From assembly GCF_988242995.1 (NCBI RefSeq), contig NZ_OZ547043.1: a stretch of 64,000 nt of DNA; one strand, 5' to 3'. The position numbers and the translations under genes are program-made. This document shows, in pieces, positions 53,101 to 63,443 of this stretch. The notes below the pieces were generated by a model that was not told the origin of the DNA, did not search any database, and saw nothing but the letters and a program-made list of their open reading frames with translations. Each line of letters starts with the position of its first letter. Within the stretch, counting starts at the first letter, position 1.

Positions 53101-56100
53101 GTGATCTGCAACTAGGATATGCAAGCCTTATCCAGTTAAAAAATAAAGCAGCTATTGAGATTGGCAGTGAAGCTACTTTCAATATGCGGGATATTGAAAA
53201 TTATGATCATTACTATGCACAAACACCACAGATTATAAAGGCAGAAAGTAGCTCTGAGGTCATAAATAACGGTAATGTTGATATCTGGAATATCAGTTTT
53301 GCTGGTATCTTTGGCGAAAATACCACAGGTATCAATAACGGGAATATCACACTTTCTCTGTATGATTATGCCTCAACTAATACGCCAGCACCGGAACCAG
53401 ATAACACGGCCTTCTTGACCTCTAACGGCGGCAGCGCAGTAAACAAAGGGGTAATTACCTCAAAAGTAATGGAGCAACATAGCGTTGTTAATATGGCTGC
53501 ACTCACGGGGTCAACGGATCAGCGCGTGTTTAATAACAGCGTAGCAAGCATGATGGGGATGGAGGCGTATAATAAAGGCTCTGTTCTCAATGCCGAAGAT
53601 GCTGTCATTGATATGTATGGACGCGGTAGCATTGGCATGTTAGCCATCGATAACTCAACGGCGGATAATGCAGGCAATATTACGGTGGATACGTTATGGA
53701 TTGATGACAATGACACCACCAGTTTGCATACCGATCTTCCGGGGGCAACGGCAAAAGATTATGGCGTTGGTATGGCAACCGGGACAGACACCGGGGGTGG
53801 CGCTCGTAACAACGCTATTGCGACCAACCTGGAAGGTGGTGTAATTACTGTATATAACGCAGGTGCCGGTATGGCCGCCTACGGTAACAGTAATATGGTT
53901 ATTAACCAGGGAATCATTAACCTCGAGAAAAATGCAGATTACGATGCAAACCTGGGTAGTAATACGCTGGTAGGGATGGCAGTGTATAAAGGTGCTACGG
54001 CAATAAACGACCAAACTGGTGTAATCAATATTAATGTTGATACGGGCCAGGCGTTTTATAATGATGGTACAGGCATTATCCTCAACTATGGTGAGATTAA
54101 TCTCAACGGAGCGGAAATTGATAGCACCGACTCTCATTATGGTGCTCCTGCAGAGAATCTGGAACTGTTATCTGAATTGAGTGCCAGTGGAGAGAACATT
54201 ACAAAAACAGTTATCCGAGATGGCTTTGTTACCATTAAACCGCTGGCTAATTATGGTACAGAAATACTGAACGGCGATGTCGATGCCAACCTATGGTTAT
54301 ATAACGAGGATAAGGCCAGCCTGACAGTTAATGGTGATTTGAATATTGTCCAGGGGCTGGAAAACAGCGGGAGCATGGATGCCGACAAGCTTACTGCCAA
54401 TGCCAGTGTTTACAATCGCGCCTCGGGCAGTATGACAACCGAACTGTTAATGTTAAAAGGCGGGTCTGCCTTCTTCAATGAGGGAAGCTTTAGCGGAGTA
54501 ATTAGCGGTGATAGTTATAAACAAAACGTTGTAAATACGGGGGAGATGACAACTGTCACAGATGGTAGTGCCTTAATTAACGGCAGTTTCGTACTTTATA
54601 ATGAAGCCGGTTCAACGCTTACAAATAGCGGCAATGCTATTGCGGGAGGGGAAAATGCCATCGTTAATATCACACGCACCAGTGATTCTCTTTCACAGGT
54701 TAACCGCGGAAAAATTACCGCCACAAACGGTTACAGTGCGATTAAAACTGCCAGCACAGCCTCTAACAGCAACGGCAAATGGATTTGGAATACAGAAACC
54801 GGTGTAATTAATGGTATCAATCCAGATGCTCCACTGATTGATTTAGGTCGCGGGTATAATTTTGCTAACGCCGGAACAATTAATGTTCAGGGTGATGGTT
54901 CAGTTGCTATTAGCGGAGGCACCACCAGCTATACTGTTCAGTTAGTGAACAGCGGCACAATTAACGTGGGTACTGAACAGGGCAAAGCAGATGGAAGCAA
55001 CGGTGAAGGTCTGATTGGCATCAAAGGAAATGGTTCTGCAACAACGATTAATAATACTAAAGACGGTGTCATTAACGTTTATGCAGATAATTCATGGGCG
55101 TTTGGTGGTTCCACTAAAGCGATTGTGAATAATGGGATAATCAACCTGTTGTGTAATATTGGTTGCGAGATTTATGCGCCAAATACCACAGGGACGAGAA
55201 ACAGTCAGGATGGAACTGCGGATATAATCGTACCGGTCGCTTCTGCGACGCCTGGGCAAGGTAATGTTCCTGCGGCACCAGTCAATGCTGTAAGTCAGCA
55301 AAAACTTACCAATTACACTATTGGTACTAATAGCGACGGAAGTTCCGGCACCTTGAAAGCCAATAACCTTGTTATCAGTGACAACGTCAAGGTAAATACT
55401 GGCTTTAGTGCAGGAACTGCTGATACTACCGTGGTGATTGATGATGTTTTCAAAGGTGAAAATATCAGCGGCGCGGAGAATATCACTTCCTCTTCAGTTG
55501 TCTGGAACGCTAAAGGCAGTACCGATGCCAGCGGCAACGTTGACGTCACTATGAGCAAAAACGCTTATACCGATGTGGCGACCGATGCTTCGGTGAATGA
55601 CGTCGCGAAAGCACTGGATGCGGGTTACACCAACAACGAGCTGTATACCAGCCTGAACGTCGGCACGACTGCCGAACTGAACAGCGCCCTGAAACAGGTC
55701 AGCGGTAGCCAGGCGACCACGGTATTCCGCGAAGCGCGTGTGCTCAGCAACCGCTTTAGCATGCTGGCAGATGCCGCACCGAAAGTGGGTAACGGTCTGG
55801 CGTTCAACGTGGTGGCGAAAGGCGATCCGCGCGCGGAGCTGGGGAACAATACCGAGTACGACATGCTGGCACTGCGTAAAACCATTGACCTGAGTGAAAG
55901 TCAGACCATGAGTCTGGAGTACGGTATCGCTCGTCTCGATGGCGACGGTGCGCAGAAAGCTGGCGATAATGGTGTTACAGGCGGTTACAGCCAGTTCTTT
56001 GGCCTGAAACATCAGATGTCCTTCGACAATGGCATGAACTGGAACAACGCATTGCGTTATGACGTTCACAACCTTGACAGCAGCCGTTCGATTGCATTTA

Positions 56101-56612
56101 GCAACACGAACAAAACTGCTGATACCGACGTGAAACAGCAGTACCTGGAGTTCCGCAGCGAAGGAGCGAAGACTTTCGAACCGAGCGAAGGGCTGAAGGT
56201 CACACCATATGCGGGTGTGAAACTGCGTCACACACTGGAAGGTGGCTATCAGGAGCGCAATGCCGGAGACTTTAACCTGAATATGAACAGTGGTAGCGAA
56301 ACGGCGGTGGACAGCATCGTCGGGCTGAAACTGGACTATGCAGGTAAAGACGGCTGGAGCGCTAGCGCTACGCTGGAAGGCGGGCCGAACTTGAGCTACG
56401 CGAAGAGCCAGCGCACAGCAAGCCTGGCAGGTGCAGGCAGTCAGCACTTTAACATCGATGACGGTCAGAAGGGCGGCGGCATCAACAGCCTGGCAAGTGT
56501 CGGCGTGAAGTACAGCAGCAAAGAAAGTTCGCTGAATCTGGATGCGTACAACTGGAAAGAGGAAGGCATCAGCGACAAAGGCGTGATGCTGAACTTCAAG
56601 AAAACGTTCTAA
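50121..56612 (+). CDS. ydbA: Large autotransporter adhesin-like protein, uninterrupted
   Basis: 2163 aa: signal peptide, Pro/Asp/His-rich linker, about six and a half tandem 98-aa repeats, long beta-helix-like passenger, and a C-terminal beta-barrel translocator ending in F. Confidence 0.85.
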   Translation: MQRKTLLSACIALALSGQGWAADITEVETTTGEKKNTNVTCPADPGKLSPEELKRLPSECTPLVEQNLMPWLATGAAALITTLAVVELNDDDDHHHRNNSPLPPTPPDDDSDDTPVPPTPGGDEIIPDVPDDTPTPPKPISFNNDVILDKTEKTLTIRDSVFTYTENADGTISLQDNSGRKATINLWQIDEANNTVALEGVSADGTTKWRYNHNGELVITGDNATVNNNGKTTVDGKDSTGTEINGNNGKVIQDGDLDVSGGGHGIDITGDSATVDNKGTMTVTDPESIGIQIDGDKAVVNNEGDSTISNGGTGTQINDDDATANNNGKTTVDGKDSTGTEINGNNGKVIQDGDLDVSGGGHGIDITGDSATVDNKGTMTVTDPESMGIQIDGDKAIVNNEGESTITNGGTGTQINGDDATANNNGKTTVDGKDSTGTEINGNNGKVIQGGDLDVSGGGHGIDITGDSATVDNKGTMTVTDPESIGIQIDGDKAVVNNEGDSSISNGGTGTQINGDDATANNSGKTTVDGKDSTGTEINGNNGKVIQDGDLDVSGGGHGIDITGDSATVDNKGTMTVTDPESIGIQIDGDKAIVNNEGDSTISNGGTGTQINGDDATANNNGKTTVDGKDSTGTEINGNNGKVIQDGDLDVSGGGHGIDITGDSATVDNKGTMTVTDPESMGIQIDGDKAIVNNEGESTITNGGTGTQINGDDATANNNGKTTVDGKDSTGTEINGNNGKVIQDGDLDVSGGGHGIDISGDNAAVDNKGNMTVTDADSIGVLINGDNATLANTGDVDVSNSATGFAITSDEGKISLAGSMQVGDFSTGLTLTGDNNSLTMAMQDLNVVGQKATGINVSGDANTIDITGNILVDKDQSADNAAEYFYDASVGVNVSGHNNNVTLDGKLTLVADGETTTRDVSNFDGSQENISGLIVSGDGNNINLNGGIAFVGEINALTDGSAIANKRTFFGNTPLIGIDGESKVYLNGDSTISGDLQLGYASLIQLKNKAAIEIGSEATFNMRDIENYDHYYAQTPQIIKAESSSEVINNGNVDIWNISFAGIFGENTTGINNGNITLSLYDYASTNTPAPEPDNTAFLTSNGGSAVNKGVITSKVMEQHSVVNMAALTGSTDQRVFNNSVASMMGMEAYNKGSVLNAEDAVIDMYGRGSIGMLAIDNSTADNAGNITVDTLWIDDNDTTSLHTDLPGATAKDYGVGMATGTDTGGGARNNAIATNLEGGVITVYNAGAGMAAYGNSNMVINQGIINLEKNADYDANLGSNTLVGMAVYKGATAINDQTGVININVDTGQAFYNDGTGIILNYGEINLNGAEIDSTDSHYGAPAENLELLSELSASGENITKTVIRDGFVTIKPLANYGTEILNGDVDANLWLYNEDKASLTVNGDLNIVQGLENSGSMDADKLTANASVYNRASGSMTTELLMLKGGSAFFNEGSFSGVISGDSYKQNVVNTGEMTTVTDGSALINGSFVLYNEAGSTLTNSGNAIAGGENAIVNITRTSDSLSQVNRGKITATNGYSAIKTASTASNSNGKWIWNTETGVINGINPDAPLIDLGRGYNFANAGTINVQGDGSVAISGGTTSYTVQLVNSGTINVGTEQGKADGSNGEGLIGIKGNGSATTINNTKDGVINVYADNSWAFGGSTKAIVNNGIINLLCNIGCEIYAPNTTGTRNSQDGTADIIVPVASATPGQGNVPAAPVNAVSQQKLTNYTIGTNSDGSSGTLKANNLVISDNVKVNTGFSAGTADTTVVIDDVFKGENISGAENITSSSVVWNAKGSTDASGNVDVTMSKNAYTDVATDASVNDVAKALDAGYTNNELYTSLNVGTTAELNSALKQVSGSQATTVFREARVLSNRFSMLADAAPKVGNGLAFNVVAKGDPRAELGNNTEYDMLALRKTIDLSESQTMSLEYGIARLDGDGAQKAGDNGVTGGYSQFFGLKHQMSFDNGMNWNNALRYDVHNLDSSRSIAFSNTNKTADTDVKQQYLEFRSEGAKTFEPSEGLKVTPYAGVKLRHTLEGGYQERNAGDFNLNMNSGSETAVDSIVGLKLDYAGKDGWSASATLEGGPNLSYAKSQRTASLAGAGSQHFNIDDGQKGGGINSLASVGVKYSSKESSLNLDAYNWKEEGISDKGVMLNFKKTF
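50798..52560 (+). repeat. In-frame tandem repeats inside ydbA: 294-bp unit (98 aa), ~6.5 copies
   Basis: Recurring unit NNNGKTTVDGKDSTGTEINGNNGKVIQDGDLDVSGGGHGIDITGDSATVDNKGTMTVTDPESIGIQIDGDKAVVNNEGDSTISNGGTGTQINDDDATA with a few substitutions per copy. Confidence 0.85.
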
Positions 56613-56630
56613 TTTTTAGCACGTGATACA

Positions 56631-56666
56631 CAAACCGCAATGCTGATACAGGTTGCGGTTTTTTAT
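56631..56666 (+). terminator. Intrinsic terminator downstream of ydbA
   Basis: aaccgcaa-tgctgatacaggt-tgcggtt hairpin followed by TTTTTATT. Confidence 0.55.
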
Positions 56667-56819
56667 TGCCGGATGCGATGCTTTAGGCGTTTTGTTTTGG
56701 TGTCTTCAAGGACAATAGAGCAACTCATCCAGTAATCTTGTTTACGCCTTCGCATTATTTATCTCTTTTCGTTTCTATACTGATTTTTCTTAATCCGTTT
56801 TATTACAGGGCAGGGTGCG

Positions 56820-57680
56820 ATGAGCAGCAACACATTTACTCTCGGTACAAAATCCGTTAACCGTCTTGGTTATGGCGCGATGCAACTGGCAGGCCCTGGG
56901 GTTTTTGGCCCCCCAAGAGATCGCCACGTTGCTATAACCGTGCTGCGCGAGGCGCTGGCATTGGGCGTCAATCATATTGATACCAGCGACTTTTATGGTC
57001 CGCACGTCACCAATCAGATTATCCGCGAAGCGCTACATCCTTACTCTGACGACCTGACAATTGTCACTAAAATTGGTGCACGACGTGGTGAGGATGCTTC
57101 CTGGTTGCCCGCATTTTCTCCGGCAGAGCTGCAAAAAGCGGTACACGATAATCTACGTAATCTCGGCCTGGACGTACTGGATGTGGTTAACCTGCGCGTC
57201 ATGATGGGGGATGGTCATGGCCCGGCGGAAGGATCGATTGAAGCCAGCCTGACCGTGCTGGCAGAGATGCAACAACAAGGCCTGGTAAAACATATTGGCC
57301 TGAGCAACGTCACACCGACGCAGGTCGCAGAGGCGCGTAAGATTACCGAAATCGTCTGTGTGCAGAACGAATACAACATTGCTCATCGTGCTGATGACGC
57401 AATGATTGATGATTTGGCCCGCGTTGGCATTGCTTACGTGCCGTTCTTCCCGCTTGGGGGCTTTACGCCGCTGCAATCCTCCACACTTTCGGATGTAGCA
57501 GCGAGCCTGGGCGCAACACCAATGCAGGTGGCGCTGGCGTGGCTGTTACAACGTTCACCGAATATTTTGCTGATCCCAGGGACATCTTCTGTTGCGCATT
57601 TACGGGAGAATATGGCTGCTGAAAAATTGCATCTTTCTGAGGAAGTGTTGTCTACGTTGGATGGTATTTCGCGAGAATAA
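56820..57680 (+). CDS. ydbC: Aldo-keto reductase
   Basis: 286 aa; family motifs (GYGAMQLAG, IDTSDFYG). Confidence 0.85.
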   Translation: MSSNTFTLGTKSVNRLGYGAMQLAGPGVFGPPRDRHVAITVLREALALGVNHIDTSDFYGPHVTNQIIREALHPYSDDLTIVTKIGARRGEDASWLPAFSPAELQKAVHDNLRNLGLDVLDVVNLRVMMGDGHGPAEGSIEASLTVLAEMQQQGLVKHIGLSNVTPTQVAEARKITEIVCVQNEYNIAHRADDAMIDDLARVGIAYVPFFPLGGFTPLQSSTLSDVAASLGATPMQVALAWLLQRSPNILLIPGTSSVAHLRENMAAEKLHLSEEVLSTLDGISRE

Positions 57681-57749
57681 CGAGTCAGGCGCTCGCAGAT
57701 TGTGCTTAAGGAAGAGCACAAAGCGATAGAAAACAGGTAAGCGGATTGA

Positions 57750-57779
57750 GATGTGGACTGAATATCTACAGTCCACATC
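57750..57779. terminator. Strong hairpin between convergent ydbC and azoR (candidate bidirectional terminator)
   Basis: gatgtggact-(10 nt)-agtccacatc, a perfect 10-bp stem. Confidence 0.45.
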
Positions 57780-57793
57780 AAGATCGTGTCCGG

Positions 57794-58408
<615 letters not shown>

Positions 58409-58599
58409 TTATGGATGTTTGAATGGGCGATGCCCTGTTGCTTGTTGACACTTTATTCACAATCCTGCCACAGAGATAGCGCAATAAATCGAAGCCTATG
58501 TTCGAATTTATTGAACAACGCATAGAAAGCCGCGATGTGGTACTCTATATCTATCATTTAAAAGAAAATTAATCAGGCAGCCTACTGCCCACTAACGTT

Positions 58600-61500
58600 A
58601 TGACAGAACAACAAAAATTGACCTTTACGGCCTTGCAGCAGCGGCTGGATTCGCTGATGCTGCGCGACAGACAGCGTTTTTTACGCCGTCTTCACGGTGT
58701 GAAGAAGGTTAAAAATCCTGATGCACAACAGGCCATTTTCCAGGAGATGGCGAAAGAGATTGACCAGGCGGCAGGGAAAGTCCTGCTGCGTGAAGCGGCA
58801 CGTCCGGAAATTACTTATCCGGACAATTTGCCGGTTAGTCAGAAAAAGCAGGACATTCTCGAAGCAATTCGTGATCACCAGGTAGTGATCGTCGCCGGGG
58901 AAACGGGTTCCGGTAAAACGACTCAGCTACCGAAAATCTGTATGGAGCTGGGCCGCGGGATTAAAGGGCTGATCGGCCATACCCAGCCGCGTCGTCTGGC
59001 GGCACGAACGGTGGCCAACCGTATTGCGGAAGAGCTGAAAACGGAGCCGGGCGGTTGCATCGGTTACAAAGTGCGTTTCAGCGATCACGTAAGTGATAAC
59101 ACGATGGTCAAGCTGATGACCGACGGTATCCTGCTGGCGGAGATCCAGCAAGACCGCCTGCTGATGCAGTACGACACTATCATTATTGACGAAGCGCACG
59201 AACGCAGCCTGAATATCGATTTTCTGCTCGGCTATTTGAAAGAGTTGCTGCCGCGGCGTCCTGACCTAAAAATCATTATCACTTCCGCGACTATCGACCC
59301 GGAACGCTTTTCGCGCCACTTTAATAATGCGCCGATTATCGAAGTCTCCGGCCGGACCTATCCGGTGGAAGTGCGCTATCGCCCGATTGTTGAAGAAGCC
59401 GATGATACCGAGCGCGATCAGTTGCAGGCGATTTTTGACGCCGTAGACGAACTGAGCCAGGAAAGTCCCGGCGACATTCTGATCTTTATGAGCGGTGAGC
59501 GGGAAATTCGCGATACCGCCGATGCGCTGAACAAGCTGAACTTACGCCATACCGAAATCTTGCCGCTTTATGCGCGGCTTTCGAACAGCGAACAGAACCG
59601 CGTGTTCCAGTCGCACAGCGGACGGCGTATTGTGCTGGCGACCAACGTCGCGGAAACCTCGCTGACCGTACCGGGGATTAAATACGTTATCGACCCCGGT
59701 ACAGCACGTATCAGCCGCTACAGCTATCGCACCAAAGTGCAGCGTTTGCCGATTGAGCCGATTTCGCAGGCGTCTGCCAATCAGCGTAAAGGCCGCTGTG
59801 GTCGTGTGTCTGAAGGGATCTGTATTCGTCTCTATTCCGAAGACGATTTCCTCTCGCGCCCGGAGTTTACCGATCCGGAGATTCTGCGTACCAACCTGGC
59901 CTCGGTTATTTTGCAGATGACCGCGCTGGGGCTGGGTGATATCGCGGCGTTCCCGTTTGTCGAAGCACCGGATAAACGCAATATCCAGGATGGCGTGCGT
60001 CTGCTCGAAGAACTGGGCGCGATCACCACTGATGAACAGGCCAGCGCTTATAAACTGACGCCGCTCGGTCGCCAGCTCTCGCAGTTGCCTGTCGACCCAC
60101 GTCTGGCGCGTATGGTGCTGGAAGCGCAAAAACATGGCTGCGTGCGTGAGGCGATGATTATCACGTCCGCGCTCTCCATTCAGGATCCGCGCGAGCGTCC
60201 GATGGATAAACAGCAGGCATCGGACGAAAAACATCGCCGCTTCCACGACAAAGAATCCGACTTCCTCGCGTTTGTAAATCTGTGGAATTATCTCGGCGAG
60301 CAGCAAAAGGCGCTTTCTTCTAACGCCTTCCGTCGCCTGTGTCGTACCGATTATCTCAACTATCTGCGCGTGCGCGAATGGCAGGATATCTACACCCAGT
60401 TGCGTCAGGTAGTGAAAGAACTTGGCATTCCGGTTAACAGCGAACCGGCGGAGTATCGCGAAATTCACATCGCCTTACTGACCGGTTTGCTTTCCCATAT
60501 CGGCATGAAAGATGCCGATAAACAAGAATATACCGGCGCACGTAACGCGCGTTTCTCCATTTTCCCCGGTTCCGGCTTATTTAAAAAGCCGCCGAAATGG
60601 GTAATGGTGGCGGAACTGGTAGAAACCAGCCGCCTGTGGGGGCGCATTGCGGCACGCATCGACCCTGAATGGGTAGAACCCGTTGCTCAGCATTTGATTA
60701 AACGCACCTACAGCGAACCGCACTGGGAACGGGCGCAGGGCGCGGTGATGGCAACGGAAAAAGTCACTGTTTATGGTTTGCCGATTGTTGCTGCGCGTAA
60801 GGTCAACTACAGCCAGATCGATCCGACGTTATGTCGTGAACTCTTTATTCGCCACGCTCTGGTGGAAGGTGACTGGCAGACACGTCACGCATTCTTCCGT
60901 GAAAACCTGAAACTGCGGGCCGAAGTGGAAGAGCTGGAACACAAATCACGTCGCCGCGATATTCTGGTTGATGACGAAACGCTGTTTGAGTTCTACGACC
61001 AGCGCATCAGCCACGATGTAATCTCCGCTCGTCACTTCGATAGCTGGTGGAAAAAAGTCAGCCGCGAAACGCCTGATTTGCTCAACTTTGAAAAGAGCAT
61101 GTTGATCAAAGAAGGGGCGGAAAAAATCAGCAAGCTGGATTACCCGAACTTCTGGCATCAGGGCAATCTCAAGCTGCGTTTGAGCTATCAGTTTGAGCCC
61201 GGCGCGGACGCGGACGGTGTGACCGTGCATATTCCGCTGCCGCTGCTTAATCAGGTAGAAGATAGCGGGTTTGAATGGCAAATCCCCGGCCTGCGTCGTG
61301 AACTGATCATCGCACTGATTAAATCGTTGCCGAAACCGGTACGCCGTAATTTTGTGCCTGCACCAAACTACGCCGAAGCGTTTTTAGGCCGCGTCACACC
61401 GCTGGAGTTACCGTTGCTCGACAGCCTTGAGCGCGAGTTACGGCGGATGACCGGCGTTACCGTTGACCGCGAAGACTGGCACTGGGATCAGGTGCCTGAT

Positions 61501-62502
61501 CACCTGAAAATCACCTTCCGCGTGGTGGATGACAAAAACAAGAAGCTAAAAGAAGGGCGCTCTCTACAAGGTCTGAAAGATGCGCTGAAAGACAAAGTGC
61601 AGGAAACGCTGTCTGCGGTGGCGGATGACGGTATCGAGCAGAGCGGCTTACATATCTGGAGTTTTGGTCAGCTGCCGGAAAGCTACGAACAGAAGCGTGG
61701 CAACTATAAAGTGAAGGCGTGGCCAGCGCTAGTGGATGAACGCGACAGCGTGGCGATCAAACTGTTTGATAATCCGCTGGAACAAAAGCAGGCAATGTGG
61801 AACGGTCTTCGCCGTCTACTGCTGCTGAATATTCCCTCGCCAATCAAATATTTGCATGAGAAGTTGCCAAACAAAGCCAAGCTGGGGCTGTACTTTAACC
61901 CGTATGGCAAAGTGCTGGAGCTGATCGACGACTGTATCTCCTGCGGTGTGGATCAACTGATCGACGCCAATGGTGGCCCGGTCTGGACGGAAGAAGGCTT
62001 TGCTGCGCTGCATGAAAAAGTCCGCGCTGAACTGAACGACACGGTGGTGGATATTGCGAAGCAGGTCGAGCAAATCCTTACTGCAGTCTTCAATATCAAC
62101 AAACGCCTGAAAGGGCGGGTGGATATGACTATGGCGCTGGGGCTTTCTGACATCAAAGCGCAGATGGGCGGGTTGGTGTATCGCGGTTTTGTCACTGGCA
62201 ACGGTTTTAAACGGCTGGGCGACACGCTGCGTTATTTGCAGGCGATTGAAAAACGACTGGAAAAACTGGCGGTTGATCCGCATCGTGACCGTGCTCAGAT
62301 GCTGAAAGTCGAAAACGTCCAGCAGGCGTGGCAGCAATGGATCAACAAACTGCCGCCCGCACGTCGTGAGGATGAAGACGTGAAAGAGATCCGTTGGATG
62401 ATAGAAGAGTTGCGCGTTAGTTACTTCGCTCAACAACTTGGTACGCCTTATCCGATTTCAGATAAGCGTATTTTGCAGGCGATGGAGCAGATTAGCGGTT
62501 AA
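58600..62502 (+). CDS. hrpA: ATP-dependent RNA helicase HrpA (DEAH-box)
   Basis: 1300 aa; Walker A GETGSGKTTQ, DEAH motif (IIIDEAHERS). Confidence 0.95.
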   Translation: MTEQQKLTFTALQQRLDSLMLRDRQRFLRRLHGVKKVKNPDAQQAIFQEMAKEIDQAAGKVLLREAARPEITYPDNLPVSQKKQDILEAIRDHQVVIVAGETGSGKTTQLPKICMELGRGIKGLIGHTQPRRLAARTVANRIAEELKTEPGGCIGYKVRFSDHVSDNTMVKLMTDGILLAEIQQDRLLMQYDTIIIDEAHERSLNIDFLLGYLKELLPRRPDLKIIITSATIDPERFSRHFNNAPIIEVSGRTYPVEVRYRPIVEEADDTERDQLQAIFDAVDELSQESPGDILIFMSGEREIRDTADALNKLNLRHTEILPLYARLSNSEQNRVFQSHSGRRIVLATNVAETSLTVPGIKYVIDPGTARISRYSYRTKVQRLPIEPISQASANQRKGRCGRVSEGICIRLYSEDDFLSRPEFTDPEILRTNLASVILQMTALGLGDIAAFPFVEAPDKRNIQDGVRLLEELGAITTDEQASAYKLTPLGRQLSQLPVDPRLARMVLEAQKHGCVREAMIITSALSIQDPRERPMDKQQASDEKHRRFHDKESDFLAFVNLWNYLGEQQKALSSNAFRRLCRTDYLNYLRVREWQDIYTQLRQVVKELGIPVNSEPAEYREIHIALLTGLLSHIGMKDADKQEYTGARNARFSIFPGSGLFKKPPKWVMVAELVETSRLWGRIAARIDPEWVEPVAQHLIKRTYSEPHWERAQGAVMATEKVTVYGLPIVAARKVNYSQIDPTLCRELFIRHALVEGDWQTRHAFFRENLKLRAEVEELEHKSRRRDILVDDETLFEFYDQRISHDVISARHFDSWWKKVSRETPDLLNFEKSMLIKEGAEKISKLDYPNFWHQGNLKLRLSYQFEPGADADGVTVHIPLPLLNQVEDSGFEWQIPGLRRELIIALIKSLPKPVRRNFVPAPNYAEAFLGRVTPLELPLLDSLERELRRMTGVTVDREDWHWDQVPDHLKITFRVVDDKNKKLKEGRSLQGLKDALKDKVQETLSAVADDGIEQSGLHIWSFGQLPESYEQKRGNYKVKAWPALVDERDSVAIKLFDNPLEQKQAMWNGLRRLLLLNIPSPIKYLHEKLPNKAKLGLYFNPYGKVLELIDDCISCGVDQLIDANGGPVWTEEGFAALHEKVRAELNDTVVDIAKQVEQILTAVFNINKRLKGRVDMTMALGLSDIKAQMGGLVYRGFVTGNGFKRLGDTLRYLQAIEKRLEKLAVDPHRDRAQMLKVENVQQAWQQWINKLPPARREDEDVKEIRWMIEELRVSYFAQQLGTPYPISDKRILQAMEQISG

Positions 62503-62528
62503 CACTGCTATTTGCCTGATAAATCTAA

Positions 62529-62559
62529 AACCCGGTAAGCATTTAGCGCCGGGTTTTTT
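62529..62559 (+). terminator. Intrinsic terminator downstream of hrpA
   Basis: aacccgg-loop-ccgggtt hairpin followed by T6; IS200 copy B begins in or directly after the T-tract. Confidence 0.5.
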
Positions 62560-63270
62560 GTGCACAGAAAACCCCCAGCTAGGCTGGGGGTTCCGGAAAG
62601 CTTTCAGCTTTGAGCCAGTTATTAAAACCCCTTTTGATTTGTTAAAACACTTTGCGGTCTGGCAACTGCAAGTGTCAAACAAGAAATCAAAAGGGGGTCC
62701 CAATGGGGAACGAAAAGAGCTTAGCGCACACCCGATGGAACTGTAAATATCACATAGTTTTTGCGCCAAAATACCGAAGACAGGTGTTCTACAGAGAGAA
62801 GCGTAGAGCAATAGGCAGTATTTTGAGAAAGCTGTGTGAGTGGAAAAGCGTACGGATTCTGGAAGCTGAATGCTGTGCAGATTATATCCATATGCTTGTG
62901 GAGATCCCGCCCAAAATGAGCGTATCCGGCTTTATGGGATATCTGAAAGGGAAAAGCAGTCTGATGCTTTACGAGCAGTTTGGTGATTTGAAATTCAAAT
63001 ACAGGAACAGGGAGTTCTGGTGCAGAGGGTACTACGTCGATACAGTGGGTAAGAACACGGCGAAGATACAGGATTACATAAAGCACCAGCTTGAAGAGGA
63101 TAAAATGGGAGAGCAGTTATCGATTCCCTATCCGGGCAGCCCGTTTACGGGCCGTAAGTAACGAAGTTGGATGCAAATGTCAGATCGTGTGCGCCTGTTA
63201 GGGCGCGGCTGGTAAGAGAGCCTTATAGGCGCATTTGAAAAACCTCCGGCTATGCCGGAGGATATTTATT
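62558..63270 (+). mobile_element. IS200-type insertion sequence (IS200/IS605 family), copy B
   Basis: ~713 bp, reverse complement of copy A (33050-33762); the transposases differ at one residue (Tyr vs His in CCAD[Y/H]IHML). Confidence 0.8.
62703..63161 (+). CDS. tnpA: IS200/IS605-family transposase TnpA (Y1 HuH)
   Basis: 152 aa from MGNEKSLAHTRWNCKYHIVFAPKYRRQVFY. Confidence 0.85.
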   Translation: MGNEKSLAHTRWNCKYHIVFAPKYRRQVFYREKRRAIGSILRKLCEWKSVRILEAECCADYIHMLVEIPPKMSVSGFMGYLKGKSSLMLYEQFGDLKFKYRNREFWCRGYYVDTVGKNTAKIQDYIKHQLEEDKMGEQLSIPYPGSPFTGRK

Positions 63271-63443
63271 CTTTATGAATTCTGAAAAATAGCAAGGGCG
63301 GTACTATTTTACATAAGTTACATTCATACTCTGCCCATGGTAAACAGGACGTATTGCAATGAGTAAGCATGATATTTTAATGAGATCGTATTATGAGCGA
63401 ATAATAGAGCTTGATTGCGTCGGTCAGGCTTTAATCTCTTTCT

